From Psychrobacter sp. HD31 (GTDB taxonomy: Bacteria > Pseudomonadota > Gammaproteobacteria > Pseudomonadales > Moraxellaceae): DNA of 32,000 bases. Within the stretch, counting starts at the first letter, position 1; the number at the start of each line of letters is the position of its first letter. Below, piece after piece: positions 1 through 10,469 of the stretch. The stretch lies in NCBI RefSeq assembly GCF_051097895.1, contig NZ_CP142525.1, forward strand, positions 1,290,001 to 1,322,000, in the 5' to 3' direction. A program made the position numbers and the translations under genes. The notes below the pieces were generated by a model, which was not told the origin of the DNA, did no database searches, and was given only the letters and a program-made list of their open reading frames with translations.

Positions 1-521
1 AATTTTGCACCGTGTATCACACTCATCATAAGTGCGCCAACACTCACCACGGTATGGTTATCTTCATACTTTTTATTAAGCAATGCAATGGCTAATGGAC
101 CTGGTGTACCAACAAAAAGCCCCAGCCCCATTTGTATAAAACCAACCAAATAAAAGTTTTCTAAACTCCGTAACCATTTATTAACTGTATCTGACCATTG
201 GATAAGTAAAATATAAATACCAATAAATAACGGAATAAGCTCTAATTGAAAATAACGTACCGCCAAACCAAAAACAGCAATACCAAATAAAGACCCCACT
301 AAAAAAGGTTTAAAATAGGTATAGTCTAACGATTCTCGTCCAAACCATGCTCGGCTGGCATTGCTTGCCAGCTGGCTTGCACCATGCACAGGCACAATGG
401 CGACCGAAGGCAATAAGATTGGTAACAGCCCAATTAATATTGTGCCGCCACCCAAGCCCGTTATAGCCGTTAGCGCCGAGGTAAAAAGATTAATGAGTGA
501 GAGGGTAACTTCATTTAGCAT
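1..521 (-). CDS. TSUP (TauE/SafE-like) family membrane permease, N-terminal part; the ORF runs off the left edge
   Basis: Absent from the ORF track because there is no stop codon in the window. Manual reverse-strand translation from the ATG at 519-521 stays open to position 1: MLNEVTLSLINLFTSALTAITGLGGGTILIGLLPILLPSVAIVPVHGASQLASNASRAWFGRESLDYTYFKPFLVGSLFGIAVFGLAV... It is hydrophobic, and the GLGGG and PVHGxSQ motifs are typical of TauE/SafE permeases. Confidence 0.6.
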   Translation of the reverse strand, partial: MLNEVTLSLINLFTSALTAITGLGGGTILIGLLPILLPSVAIVPVHGASQLASNASRAWFGRESLDYTYFKPFLVGSLFGIAVFGLAVRYFQLELIPLFIGIYILLIQWSDTVNKWLRSLENFYLVGFIQMGLGLFVGTPGPLAIALLNKKYEDNHTVVSVGALMMSVIHGAK

Positions 522-552
522 GGTTAACACTAGGGTTACTTATGATATAAAA

Positions 553-580
553 CAAAAAAGCTCGATGAATTATATCGAGC
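553..580 (-). terminator. Rho-independent terminator downstream of purA
   Basis: Stem GCTCGAT (560-566) pairs with ATCGAGC (574-580) around a 7-nt loop. On the minus strand the hairpin is followed by TTTTTTGTTTT (complement of the A-run at 554-559). Confidence 0.7.
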
Positions 581-611
581 CTATTTGTATCAAAATTAAA
601 ACAAAAAATTG

Positions 612-1988
<1,377 letters not shown>

Positions 1989-1999
1989 TTAATTGGCAC

Positions 2000-3205
2000 T
2001 TACTGGCAGCAAACCCATTCGCCATCAAATTTTAATTGATGCGTCACACCACTTGGTTTATCGTCCGCATTTAATGGCACGACCACGCGATAACCTTCGG
2101 CACGTAGTTCTGCCACTTTAGTATCTAGTGCCACTTTTGCTTTAGCATCTGCGCTGGTTAAATCTGCAAAATCAACCAGTACCAATGGCGTAACAGCCAT
2201 TTCAAAACTTGGCAACAAACGGGTGACATCCATACTAAAACCAATGGCTGGTCTGCTTCTACCTTTTGACCCACCGTCAAAACGACCGCCTCTTACAATT
2301 GGTTGTGAACCACTGTTCATAAACACATTAAAGATTAGTCCAGAATGGTAGTGATAGCCTGACAGCTCACTGACATCAATACTCACATCTTTGACGCCCT
2401 TATTTTGCAAATAGGTTTGCAGCTGTGTTAGTTCATCTATTACTTGCAAAATTTGTTGATCATTTTTTGCTTGGTCACTTAATGCCTGCGCAAATTTTTG
2501 TAAGTCATTACCACTGTTTGCAAGCTGATAAAAGTCATTGCCCATAGGGATGTCTTTACACACATACTCAAGCTCTGGTAACGCTTTATTTGCATACAAT
2601 AACATTAACTGCTCTATGGTCTCACTAGATAGTGATGCCATTTCGCTCAAGCGTCTAAATATCGCAACATGCCCAATATCAAGATGCAATTTTGCCGTTA
2701 AGTTTAGTCCAGTTAACAGCTCATACAATACATCAAGCATCTCAAAATCAGCAGTTAAATCATCTGTGCCAAAAATCTCTGCGCCAAGTTGTAACGGCGT
2801 ACGCAAACCAAACAAACCAGTAGGTAGTGTATGTATCGTATGCCCAGCATAGCAATAGCGTGCAATGCCCTCACCACCATAGTTTGCATCAATACGCAAA
2901 ATTTGGGGAGTGGTATCAGCACGCAACCCCATCAAGCGTCCGCTTAATTGGTCAATAATTTTAAAAGTTTGGCGTTTTAAATCTTCAGAGGCATTACCAA
3001 GTAATGATTCCGTAAACTCAATTAACGGTGGTGTAACCAGTTGGTAACCACGTTTACATAGCTGATCAATTAAATGATGACGCAATAGTTGCTGTTTATC
3101 AGCATCGGCAAAAAGTACATCGTGTACACCATCAGGCAATAGCCAATCATTGGCAACGTCTGATGCTGCGGTTGTCGCATAATTAAAATTGTGTTGTTTT
3201 GACAT
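2000..3205 (-). CDS. hisZ: ATP phosphoribosyltransferase regulatory subunit (HisRS paralog)
   Basis: 401 aa. WLLPDGVHDVL...GYQLVTPPLIEFTESLL matches the HisZ/class II aaRS-like core. It lies immediately upstream of purA, a conserved hisZ-purA pairing. Confidence 0.85.
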   Translation of the reverse strand: MSKQHNFNYATTAASDVANDWLLPDGVHDVLFADADKQQLLRHHLIDQLCKRGYQLVTPPLIEFTESLLGNASEDLKRQTFKIIDQLSGRLMGLRADTTPQILRIDANYGGEGIARYCYAGHTIHTLPTGLFGLRTPLQLGAEIFGTDDLTADFEMLDVLYELLTGLNLTAKLHLDIGHVAIFRRLSEMASLSSETIEQLMLLYANKALPELEYVCKDIPMGNDFYQLANSGNDLQKFAQALSDQAKNDQQILQVIDELTQLQTYLQNKGVKDVSIDVSELSGYHYHSGLIFNVFMNSGSQPIVRGGRFDGGSKGRSRPAIGFSMDVTRLLPSFEMAVTPLVLVDFADLTSADAKAKVALDTKVAELRAEGYRVVVPLNADDKPSGVTHQLKFDGEWVCCQ

Positions 3206-3507
3206 GATAAATTAAGTCATTTTGTAATAAAAAGATAATGTGTTTACCAAATAACGCTATCTAAATTTTTGATGACGCTGCTTTTTTGGGAGGTCTCTTA
3301 TAAGGATATATACCGATAACAATTGTTAAAAGTCAGATATTGCCTATAAAAATAAACCTTAAAAAACAGTAAGACAGCTTAATTGGCACACTTTATTATT
3401 TATTCTATCATAGCCCCTAAAATTAGCCTAGCTAACATTTGACTGCTAAGGTAAAATTTATAAAAAATATCATTAAGTACCAAACTAAGTGTTTATGCTG
3501 AGTATTT

Positions 3508-3900
3508 ATGTCTGACCCATACAACTTTCCTCAACCTGAAAATAATAAAATCAACGTACTTGGTACCGCTTTGGCAAGCTGTTGCTTTGCGCCTCTCACT
3601 GGCTATTACCGCAATGGGTTTTGCCACACGGGAGAAACAGATTTAAGTTTTCATACCGTTTGTGCCAAAATTACCCGCGAGTTTTTAGAATTTTCGGCTA
3701 GCCGCGGTAATGATTTAACCACCCCGATACCCGAACATCATTTTTATGGGCTACAACCCAATGACTTTTGGTGTGTTTCTGCACTACGCTGGCTAGAAGC
3801 ACTCGACTATGGTGTTGCCCCACCAATAAAACTAGAAGCTTGTCATGAAAGTTTGCTAAAATTGGTAGACATTGATACATTAAAACAATACGCTATCTAG
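3508..3900 (+). CDS. DUF2237 family protein (conserved Cys/His, function unknown)
   Basis: 130 aa. LGTALASCCFAPLTGYYRNGFCHTGETD...HTVCAKITREFLEFSASRGNDLTTP...FWCVSALRWLEA matches my recollection of the DUF2237 pattern. The stop lies 31 nt before the corA-like start. Confidence 0.55.
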   Translation: MSDPYNFPQPENNKINVLGTALASCCFAPLTGYYRNGFCHTGETDLSFHTVCAKITREFLEFSASRGNDLTTPIPEHHFYGLQPNDFWCVSALRWLEALDYGVAPPIKLEACHESLLKLVDIDTLKQYAI

Positions 3901-3931
3901 CGAGCGATGTTAACCAATACTCGAGAAATTC

Positions 3932-5113
3932 ATGAGCGACCATAACCAAGATAAAAACGCCATAGATTTGCTAAAGCAAACTGAAGCTGAAATAGACCCA
4001 ATTCAAGCTGAAGAAGACAGCTTTATCTATGGGGATAATGAAGCTGAGGCAGAAGCTCTTGAAACCATGACGGTTTATGACCCAGACGCAGACCGTTTTG
4101 AAGACTTAGATGGCGAGGTTTGGGAAGAAGTCATTAATTGCTATTCCTACTCACGCAAAACAGGTGAGCAATTAAAAAAATTAGCAATTGCCGATGTTAA
4201 CAAAACCTTAGCAAATGAAAACCAATTTGTGTGGCTTGGACTTTACGAGCCCAGTATTGAAACGTTAGAACAAGTTCAACAAGCGTTTGACTTGCATGAG
4301 CTGGCACTAGAAGATGCCGTTACTGACCATCAACGCGCAAAAATAGAAAGCTATGGTAATGATACCTTATTTGTTGCTGTGCAGACTGCCAAACTAGAAA
4401 AACGCCAAATTCGCTATGGTGATACTGCTATATTCATGGGCAAAAACTTTATTATTACCATACGCACAGGTCCCTCTAACAGCTATCAACCCGTAAGAGA
4501 GCACTACCGACAACGCCCTGATAAACTGCGTTTGGGTCCTATTTTTGTATTGCATGCCATTTTAGATTTTATTGTGGATAACTATATGCCAGTTGTTGAC
4601 CGCTTAGGTAGTTATTTAAGAGAGCAAGAACAATCTATTTTTTCTTACGAGTTTGATCGTGACACATTACGAAAACTATATGAGTTAAAGTCACAACTGG
4701 TACACATGCGCGCCGTTATTTTACCCGTGCAAGATATTTGCAACTTTTTTGTCAATCACAAAAAAAATGAGTTGATTTCATTTTTCCCAAGCTCAGCCAA
4801 ACCTTACTTTCGAGATGTAAATGACCACCTTTTACAATCTTTGGATGCTGTTAACGGACTCAATGAAATGCTAAGCGTAGCGATGGACACCTATATGGCC
4901 GTCGTTAACATGGGACAAAACGATGTGGTACGCAAACTGGCGGCTTGGGCAGGTATTTTAGCCGTACCAACTGCGATAGCTGGGATATATGGTATGAACT
5001 TTGCTAACATGCCAGAGCTACAGTGGCGATACGGCTATCTTATTATTTGGGCAATCATCATTATGATTTGTGCCACTTTATATAGACAATTTAAAAAAAC
5101 AGGCTGGCTATAA
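3932..5113 (+). CDS. corA: CorA-family divalent cation (Mg2+/Co2+) transporter with an acidic N-terminal extension
   Basis: 393 aa. It has a C-terminal YGMNF (GMN) signature between two TM helices and an HELALEDAV..HQRAKIE cytoplasmic-domain motif. The first 60-70 aa or so are D/E-rich and longer than in typical CorA. Confidence 0.85.
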   Translation: MSDHNQDKNAIDLLKQTEAEIDPIQAEEDSFIYGDNEAEAEALETMTVYDPDADRFEDLDGEVWEEVINCYSYSRKTGEQLKKLAIADVNKTLANENQFVWLGLYEPSIETLEQVQQAFDLHELALEDAVTDHQRAKIESYGNDTLFVAVQTAKLEKRQIRYGDTAIFMGKNFIITIRTGPSNSYQPVREHYRQRPDKLRLGPIFVLHAILDFIVDNYMPVVDRLGSYLREQEQSIFSYEFDRDTLRKLYELKSQLVHMRAVILPVQDICNFFVNHKKNELISFFPSSAKPYFRDVNDHLLQSLDAVNGLNEMLSVAMDTYMAVVNMGQNDVVRKLAAWAGILAVPTAIAGIYGMNFANMPELQWRYGYLIIWAIIIMICATLYRQFKKTGWL

Positions 5114-5137
5114 ATACTTTGCCTATGTTTATAAACA

Positions 5138-5169
5138 TAAAAAACGCACAAATTTTTGTGCGTTTTTTT
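5138..5169. terminator. Bidirectional Rho-independent terminator between corA and folD
   Basis: AAAAACGCACAAATTTTTGTGCGTTTTTTT: the CGCAC/GTGCG core with A/T extensions is flanked by an A-run and a T-run, so it can act on both strands. Confidence 0.8.
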
Positions 5170-5216
5170 ATTGTTGGCTTCATGCCATCATAGTGAAATA
5201 GCGCATAAAGCAACCA

Positions 5217-6068
5217 TTAACTGGCTGCTTTTTCTGCCGCTTCTACCGTTTGGCGGATTAACGTGTTAATCGTCATAGGTCCTACTCCACCAGGTACGGG
5301 AGTATAAGCAGAGGCAACTTCTGCAATACCTGTCAGTTCAATGTCACCTACACCACCGTCATCAGTTGGGTGGAAACCTGCATCCACAACCACCGCATTG
5401 GGTTTAATCCAATCTTGTTTAATTAACTCGGGGACACCAACGGCACCAACAATAATATCGGCATTTTTAACATAGTCTGCTAAGTTTTGAGTGCGTGAAT
5501 GGCAAATAGTCACGGTACAATTTTCATTAAGTAACATCATTGCCATTGGCTTGCCTAAAATTGCACTACGCCCGACAACCACTGCATTTTTGCCTTCCAT
5601 TTCAATATTATATTGCTTTAATAAGTAAATAATGCCTTGTGGCGTGCAAGAGCCATAAGCAGATTCACACATACTCATACGACCAAAACCTTTGCAGGTA
5701 ACACCATCAACATCTTTTGCTAAATCAATTGCATCAAAACACGCTCTTTCATCAATTTGCTCAGGTACTGGATGTTGTAACAAAATACCATGTACATCAG
5801 GGTTATTATTTAGCTCATCAATTTTAGCCAACAATTGCGCGGTTGTTGTTTCACTTGGCATCTCAACACGAATAGAATTCATACCAACACGTTTACACGC
5901 ATTACCCTTCATACGCACATAAGTAGCTGAGGCAGGATCATCACCAACTAAAATTGTTGCCAAAATTGGTGTACGACCCGTTTGCTCAATTAACGCCGAC
6001 ACACGCTGGCTAAGTTCTTCTTCAATTTTCTTTGCAAGTGCTTTACCATCTAATAACGTAGCAGACAT
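5217..6068 (-). CDS. folD: Bifunctional methylenetetrahydrofolate dehydrogenase/cyclohydrolase
   Basis: The conserved FolD N-terminus [15 protein letters not shown] begins at the ATG at 6066-6068, preceded by GAGGAT. The 39-aa hydrophobic extension in the ORF track (to 6185) is not FolD-like. [15 protein letters not shown] and [10 protein letters not shown] motifs are present. Confidence 0.93.
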   Translation of the reverse strand: MSATLLDGKALAKKIEEELSQRVSALIEQTGRTPILATILVGDDPASATYVRMKGNACKRVGMNSIRVEMPSETTTAQLLAKIDELNNNPDVHGILLQHPVPEQIDERACFDAIDLAKDVDGVTCKGFGRMSMCESAYGSCTPQGIIYLLKQYNIEMEGKNAVVVGRSAILGKPMAMMLLNENCTVTICHSRTQNLADYVKNADIIVGAVGVPELIKQDWIKPNAVVVDAGFHPTDDGGVGDIELTGIAEVASAYTPVPGGVGPMTINTLIRQTVEAAEKAAS

Positions 6069-6216
6069 AATATCCTCTAAATTTAATATGTTAACGGTTA
6101 ATATGAGTATTTTAACCCAAAATAACCAGCAAGTTGAGCTTATTTGCAATAATAAGATATTAATAGCAAATACATAGTGAAACACATTGGTTAAAATATT
6201 TTTTTGCGCTTAGTAC

Positions 6217-6244
6217 TTGTTTTTTTATCAAACTTTGGTAATAT
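6217..6244 (+). promoter_or_regulatory. Putative sigma70 promoter for tRNA-Cys
   Basis: TTGTTT (6217-6222), a 16-nt spacer, then TAATAT (6239-6244), 14 nt before the mature tRNA 5' end. Confidence 0.45.
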
Positions 6245-6258
6245 AGTCAGCCTTGAAT

Positions 6259-6332
6259 GGCTGGATGGCAGAGTGGTCATGCAGCGGACTGCAACTCCGT
6301 GTACGCCGGTTCGATTCCGACTCCAGCCTCCA
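6259..6332 (+). tRNA. tRNA-Cys (anticodon GCA)
   Basis: Hand-folded 74-nt cloverleaf. Acceptor GGCTGGA/TCCAGCC, anticodon loop CTGCAAC, GGTTCGATTCC T-arm, encoded CCA. It has a G13.A22 mismatch (a position I recall as unusual in tRNA-Cys) and one C.A mismatch in the T-stem. Confidence 0.88.
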
Positions 6333-6366
6333 TTTTTTTGTTTTAAATTATTTGTTATTATAACCC

Positions 6367-6394
6367 TTGCTTTTATTAAAAATATCGTTATAAT
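6367..6394 (+). promoter_or_regulatory. Near-consensus sigma70 promoter for tRNA-Leu
   Basis: TTGCTT (6367-6372), a 16-nt spacer, then TATAAT (6389-6394), located after the T-run that follows tRNA-Cys. Confidence 0.6.
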
Positions 6395-6444
6395 AGCCAA
6401 ACTTTCTTAGCTTAGCTAACCATTAAGAAAGAAAACAAAGTTTT

Positions 6445-6531
6445 GCCCGGGTGGTGAAATTGGTAGACACAAGGGATTTAAAATCCCTCGCTAGAAATAG
6501 CGTGCCGGTTCAAGTCCGGCTCCGGGTACCA
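6445..6531 (+). tRNA. tRNA-Leu (anticodon UAA)
   Basis: 87-nt class II tRNA. Acceptor GCCCGGG/TCCGGGT, anticodon stem-loop AGGGA-TTTAAAA-TCCCT, long variable arm, GGTTCAAGTCC T-arm, encoded CCA. It closely resembles E. coli leuZ. Confidence 0.93.
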
Positions 6532-6540
6532 TATTCTAAA

Positions 6541-6572
6541 AAGCTTCCAAATTTATTTGGGAGCTTTTTTTT
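6541..6572 (+). terminator. Rho-independent terminator after tRNA-Leu
   Basis: AGCTTCCAAA/TTTGGGAGCT stem (one G.U pair) with a 4-nt loop, followed by a T8 run. Confidence 0.8.
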
Positions 6573-6709
6573 ATGCCAAAAGTCCTTTAATCAAACATTG
6601 TATCTGTAAATCTCTTTACCCCATATATGAAATAATTTATTAAATCAGCTACAATACGCCATATTTTTGTTTATTTTGTTATTACCTCCAACTTAAGTTT
6701 GCATAGATT

Positions 6710-8305
6710 ATGAGCCTAAACCCAACCCTACTTGCCGAAGAAGTCACTAAACGCCGTACATTTGCCATCATTTCTCACCCAGATGCCGGTAAAACCACCA
6801 TGACCGAAAAACTACTGCTTTGGGGGCAAGCCATTCAGGTGGCAGGCGAGGTCAAATCTCGTAAAACCGACAAGCATGCCACCTCTGATTGGATGAGTAT
6901 GGAACAGGAACGTGGCATCTCTATCACCACCTCAGTCATGCAGTTCCCGTACAAAGAGCACATGGTTAACTTGCTTGATACCCCAGGTCACGCTGACTTT
7001 AGTGAAGATACCTACCGTACTCTAACAGCGGTGGACAGTGCCCTTATGGTAATTGATGGCGCAAAAGGTGTCGAAGCACGTACTATTAAATTAATGGAAG
7101 TCTGCCGTATGCGAGACACGCCCATTATCTCTTTTGTTAACAAATTAGACCGTGAAATACGTGACCCATTGGAGCTACTGGACGAAATCGAAAACGTTTT
7201 AAAGATCAAATGTATTCCTCTAACATGGCCTGTTGGTATGGGGCAAGACTTTGTTGGCGTTTACCATTTATTAGAAGACAAAACCTACTTTTATCAAAAA
7301 GGACACGGTACCGAAATCGTTGATATCGAAGTGCGTGATGGCTACGACTACCCAGACGTACGTGAACGTTTGGGCAAATTAGCATTTGATGCCTTTGAAG
7401 AGTCGCTAGAGCTGGTACAAATGGCATTGGAAGACTTTGATACTGAGCTGTTTTTAAAAGGTGAAATGACCCCCGTATTATTCGGAACCGCCCTTGGTAA
7501 CTTTGGTATTAACCAAATCTTAGATACCCTGATTGAACATGCCCCATCGCCAAAAAATCACAATACGCAAGAGCGAGAAGTGTTAGCAACCGAAAATGAT
7601 TTTTCTGGATTTGTATTTAAAATACAAGCCAATATGGACCCACGTCACCGTGACCGTATTGCCTTTATGCGCGTATGTTCTGGTAAATACGAAAAAGGCA
7701 TGAAAATGAAGCATGTGCGTATTGGTAAAGATGTACGTGTGTCTGATGCACTCACTTTTTTAGCAGGAGACCGTGAGGCATTAGAAGAAGCTTATCCAGG
7801 CGATATCATTGGTTTACATAACCACGGCACCATCAGCATTGGCGATAGCTTCACCTCTGGAGAAGAACTCAACTTTATTGGCATACCACACTTTGCACCT
7901 GAGCTATTCCGCCGTGTGGTACTAAAAGACCCGTTGAAATCTAAGGCACTACAAAAAGGCTTACAACAGCTATCAGAAGAAGGGGCTACCCAAGTGTTTG
8001 CCCCACAAATCAACAATGACCTTATCCTAGGGGCGGTTGGTGTACTACAGTTTGAGGTCGTCGCACATCGTTTAAAAGAAGAATACAAAGTACAATGTAC
8101 ATTTGAGCCTGTGAGCATCAATACTGTACGTTGGATACACTGTGATGATGAAGTTGCACTTGCCAAATTTAAGAAAAAAGCACACGACCAGCTATCTATT
8201 GATGGCGGTGGTTACCTAACCTACCTTGCGCCTAGCCGAGTTAATCTTCAGTTGATGGAAGAGCGTTATCCAGAAGTAACCTTTAGCGCAACACGTGAGC
8301 ATTAA
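6710..8305 (+). CDS. prfC: Peptide chain release factor 3 (GTPase)
   Basis: 531 aa. G-domain motifs are [17 protein letters not shown] and NKLD. Overall RF3-like length and sequence. Confidence 0.95.
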   Translation: MSLNPTLLAEEVTKRRTFAIISHPDAGKTTMTEKLLLWGQAIQVAGEVKSRKTDKHATSDWMSMEQERGISITTSVMQFPYKEHMVNLLDTPGHADFSEDTYRTLTAVDSALMVIDGAKGVEARTIKLMEVCRMRDTPIISFVNKLDREIRDPLELLDEIENVLKIKCIPLTWPVGMGQDFVGVYHLLEDKTYFYQKGHGTEIVDIEVRDGYDYPDVRERLGKLAFDAFEESLELVQMALEDFDTELFLKGEMTPVLFGTALGNFGINQILDTLIEHAPSPKNHNTQEREVLATENDFSGFVFKIQANMDPRHRDRIAFMRVCSGKYEKGMKMKHVRIGKDVRVSDALTFLAGDREALEEAYPGDIIGLHNHGTISIGDSFTSGEELNFIGIPHFAPELFRRVVLKDPLKSKALQKGLQQLSEEGATQVFAPQINNDLILGAVGVLQFEVVAHRLKEEYKVQCTFEPVSINTVRWIHCDDEVALAKFKKKAHDQLSIDGGGYLTYLAPSRVNLQLMEERYPEVTFSATREH

Positions 8306-8364
8306 AGTTCTTTATTACTAAATATTGTATATTGCCTTTGGTAATACACTAATTGGTAATCAAT

Positions 8365-8400
8365 AAAAAAGCCTAGCACTTAAAGTGTTAGGCTTTTTTA
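8365..8400. terminator. Bidirectional terminator between prfC and the TM2 genes
   Basis: AAAAAAGCCTAGCACTTAAAGTGTTAGGCTTTTTT: a 9-bp stem (one G.U pair) flanked by an A-run and a T-run. Confidence 0.8.
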
Positions 8401-8417
8401 TAACGTACAAAAAAACG

Positions 8418-8648
8418 TTACGAGTTTTTTATAACCGCACCATTACTATCAGTAAATTTACCAATAACAATCATGATGAAGTCATATAGTGACCAAAAAC
8501 CAAACCCACCAAACGTAAGTAACATTAAAATACCCGTACCGATTTTACCCACATAAAATCTATGCACACCAAAAACACCAAAAAAGAAACATAATAAGAT
8601 TGTTGGTACAAAACCTTTTTCACTTAAATTTTCTACTTGATTTTCCAT
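8418..8648 (-). CDS. TM2 domain-containing small membrane protein
   Basis: 76 aa with two predicted TM helices and the TM2 signature GVFGVHRFYVGKIGTGILMLLT. Confidence 0.7.
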   Translation of the reverse strand: MENQVENLSEKGFVPTILLCFFFGVFGVHRFYVGKIGTGILMLLTFGGFGFWSLYDFIMIVIGKFTDSNGAVIKNS

Positions 8649-8683
8649 AAGAGATTACCTCTAGTTAACATGAATTAAAATTA

Positions 8684-8989
8684 TCAAAGCTTTTGCCCTG
8701 GATAAGTTATCAATAGCCCCTGCCCATCTTTATATTGACCAACAAGCAGCTTATATGTCACAAAAACAGTATGAATCAAATCAATCAAGAATAAACAAAC
8801 CCCTATCAAAAAATATTCTGAAGCATAAAACCCAAACGCCATGATAGAGAGACTTAAGTCAAAAACCCCCATCGCCCAACGTCCTAAATAAAAGTGGTGG
8901 ATACCCAAAATACCAAATACACCTGCTAAAAAAACCGCGGTGGCATATTTCTTTTCTGATGGTTTAGTAATATGTTGATCTTGATTCAT
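8684..8989 (-). CDS. TM2 domain-containing small membrane protein
   Basis: 101 aa with GVFGILGIHHFYLGRWAMGVFDL (TM2 signature). It lies 35 nt upstream of the second TM2 gene on the same strand. Confidence 0.7.
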   Translation of the reverse strand: MNQDQHITKPSEKKYATAVFLAGVFGILGIHHFYLGRWAMGVFDLSLSIMAFGFYASEYFLIGVCLFLIDLIHTVFVTYKLLVGQYKDGQGLLITYPGQKL

Positions 8990-9164
8990 AGCATCTAAAA
9001 AAAATTATAAAAATATTGATTCACTCAAACACTGGGATTATAACAAATATCCCTAGTAATAAGAAGGTAAATCGTTATCATTTAATAAATACTTTAATAA
9101 AACGATAAAATTTCGATAAAAAACAAATAAATGTGATTTAATTGAAAAAAAATTAAAAATAAGG

Positions 9165-9193
9165 GTTGCTTAATAGCAATAATTTGGTAGAAT
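9165..9193 (+). promoter_or_regulatory. Strong sigma70-type promoter for the tRNA operon, with an A/T-rich UP-like element
   Basis: TTGCTT (9165-9170), a 17-nt spacer, then TAGAAT (9188-9193). Upstream is AATTGAAAAAAAATTAAAAATAA, and the first tRNA starts at 9216. Confidence 0.65.
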
Positions 9194-9215
9194 ACTTCCC
9201 ACTTCGAGAGAACAA

Positions 9216-9291
<76 letters not shown>

Positions 9292-9326
9292 CTCTCTTGT
9301 AGTAAGCTCACCAGAGTCAAAAATTG

Positions 9327-9410
9327 GGTGGGGTTGGGGAGCGGTCAAACCCATCAGACTGTAAATCTGACGCGAAAGCTTCGAAGGTTCGAATCCTTCC
9401 CCCACCACCA
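9327..9410 (+). tRNA. tRNA-Tyr (anticodon GUA)
   Basis: 84 nt. GGTGGGG/CCCCACC acceptor, anticodon loop CTGTAAA, long variable arm, GAAGGTTCGAATCCTTC T-arm. Very similar to E. coli tyrU. Confidence 0.93.
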
Positions 9411-9457
9411 TTTTTGTTATATCTGTTTAGCACCTACCAATAGATATATTCTACACT

Positions 9458-9531
<74 letters not shown>

Positions 9532-9548
9532 ATATTGCTATTTTATCT

Positions 9549-9574
9549 GACAGCCTCGGCTGTTTTATTTTTTT
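9549..9574 (+). terminator. Terminator-like hairpin plus T-run inside the tRNA operon (between tRNA-Gly and the second tRNA-Thr)
   Basis: GACAGC-CTCG-GCTGTT short stem followed by TTTTATTTTTTT. It ends only about 17 nt before the next tRNA. Confidence 0.4.
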
Positions 9575-9591
9575 AAGCGGTATTTAACTAA

Positions 9592-9666
<75 letters not shown>

Positions 9667-10023
9667 TATCTAAGCCCTAATAAAATATCAAATCCGTCAA
9701 TTATATAGAGCTATTCTTAATAACTCTGGTACATAACTGCGTTTTTTTCATGCATAAAATACAAAAGTAGCTAAAATACACCATAAATAATAGCAATCGC
9801 TTGCTATGGTTTTTATATTCCAATATTAATTAATATAGTATTTTTTTAGTTCAATTTAGAATAAATATTACTAGATAAATAATAAGTAGGATTACACGAC
9901 ATAATTTGTCGTATAAATAGATTCCCCCCCTTTCTTTTTTTATAAAACTCCCCCATAATGACATCATACAAAGTTAAACAGATGACATTTAATTTTTAAT
10001 AAAATAACTAATGAGGCAAGACT

Positions 10024-10386
10024 ATGTTAGCATCCATCTTCAGTAACTTAAGCGGTTTATCTGTTTTAGGCTACGGGCTGTTAGTAGCTGGCATTATAGC
10101 AACCGCATTCTCAAAACAACGCTATTTATTACTATATACGCTTGCAGGTATGGGCTATTGGCTATCAATTGAAATGTTACAGTCTGCAATTATTCGCATC
10201 TTGCCGTTATCTGAATGGAATGCTTATGTTGCCGCCATGCTAGTTAGCTGGTTTGTCTTTATCTTATGGCTTGGTTATCGTCATATGTACATCACGCCTC
10301 GCAAACAACAAGCAAAAGCTGCCGCTGAAGCCAAGTATGTAGAGCACACGCCGGTATATAAAAATTATCAACCTAAATGCCAATAA
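10024..10386 (+). CDS. Small integral membrane protein of unknown function
   Basis: 120 aa with 3-4 hydrophobic segments and a Lys/Ala-rich C-terminal tail. A GAGG sequence lies about 9 nt upstream of the ATG, and a strong terminator follows. I recognise no family. Confidence 0.6.
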   Translation: MLASIFSNLSGLSVLGYGLLVAGIIATAFSKQRYLLLYTLAGMGYWLSIEMLQSAIIRILPLSEWNAYVAAMLVSWFVFILWLGYRHMYITPRKQQAKAAAEAKYVEHTPVYKNYQPKCQ

Positions 10387-10411
10387 TGAAAATAAGCATT
10401 TTAATAAGACC

Positions 10412-10441
10412 AAAAAAACCAGACGTTAAGTCTGGTTTTTT
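10412..10441. terminator. Bidirectional terminator between the membrane-protein gene and the aminotransferase gene
   Basis: AAAAAAACCAGACGTTAAGTCTGGTTTTTT: a 7-bp stem flanked by an A-run and a T-run. Confidence 0.8.
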
Positions 10442-10469
10442 AGTATAAGAAAATATATTGTCAAAACGC

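Noticed and set aside
6069-6185. A 39-aa N-terminal extension of folD in the ORF track ([13 protein letters not shown]...)
   Set aside because: The conserved FolD N-terminus starts at the internal ATG (6068), which has a GAGGAT RBS. The extension is hydrophobic junk translated from A/T-rich promoter DNA.
6191-6410. ORFs 6191-6400 (-) and 6204-6410 (+)
   Set aside because: They overlap tRNA-Cys and the flanking promoter regions and have no RBS. They are spurious.
6445-6700. Possible genomic island or integrase at the tRNA-Leu 3' end, and likewise at tRNA-Thr(GGU) at 9592-9666
   Set aside because: No integrase, phage or IS-like ORF follows either tRNA. I saw no downstream duplicate of the tRNA 3' ends that could be an att site. 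prfC follows tRNA-Leu directly.
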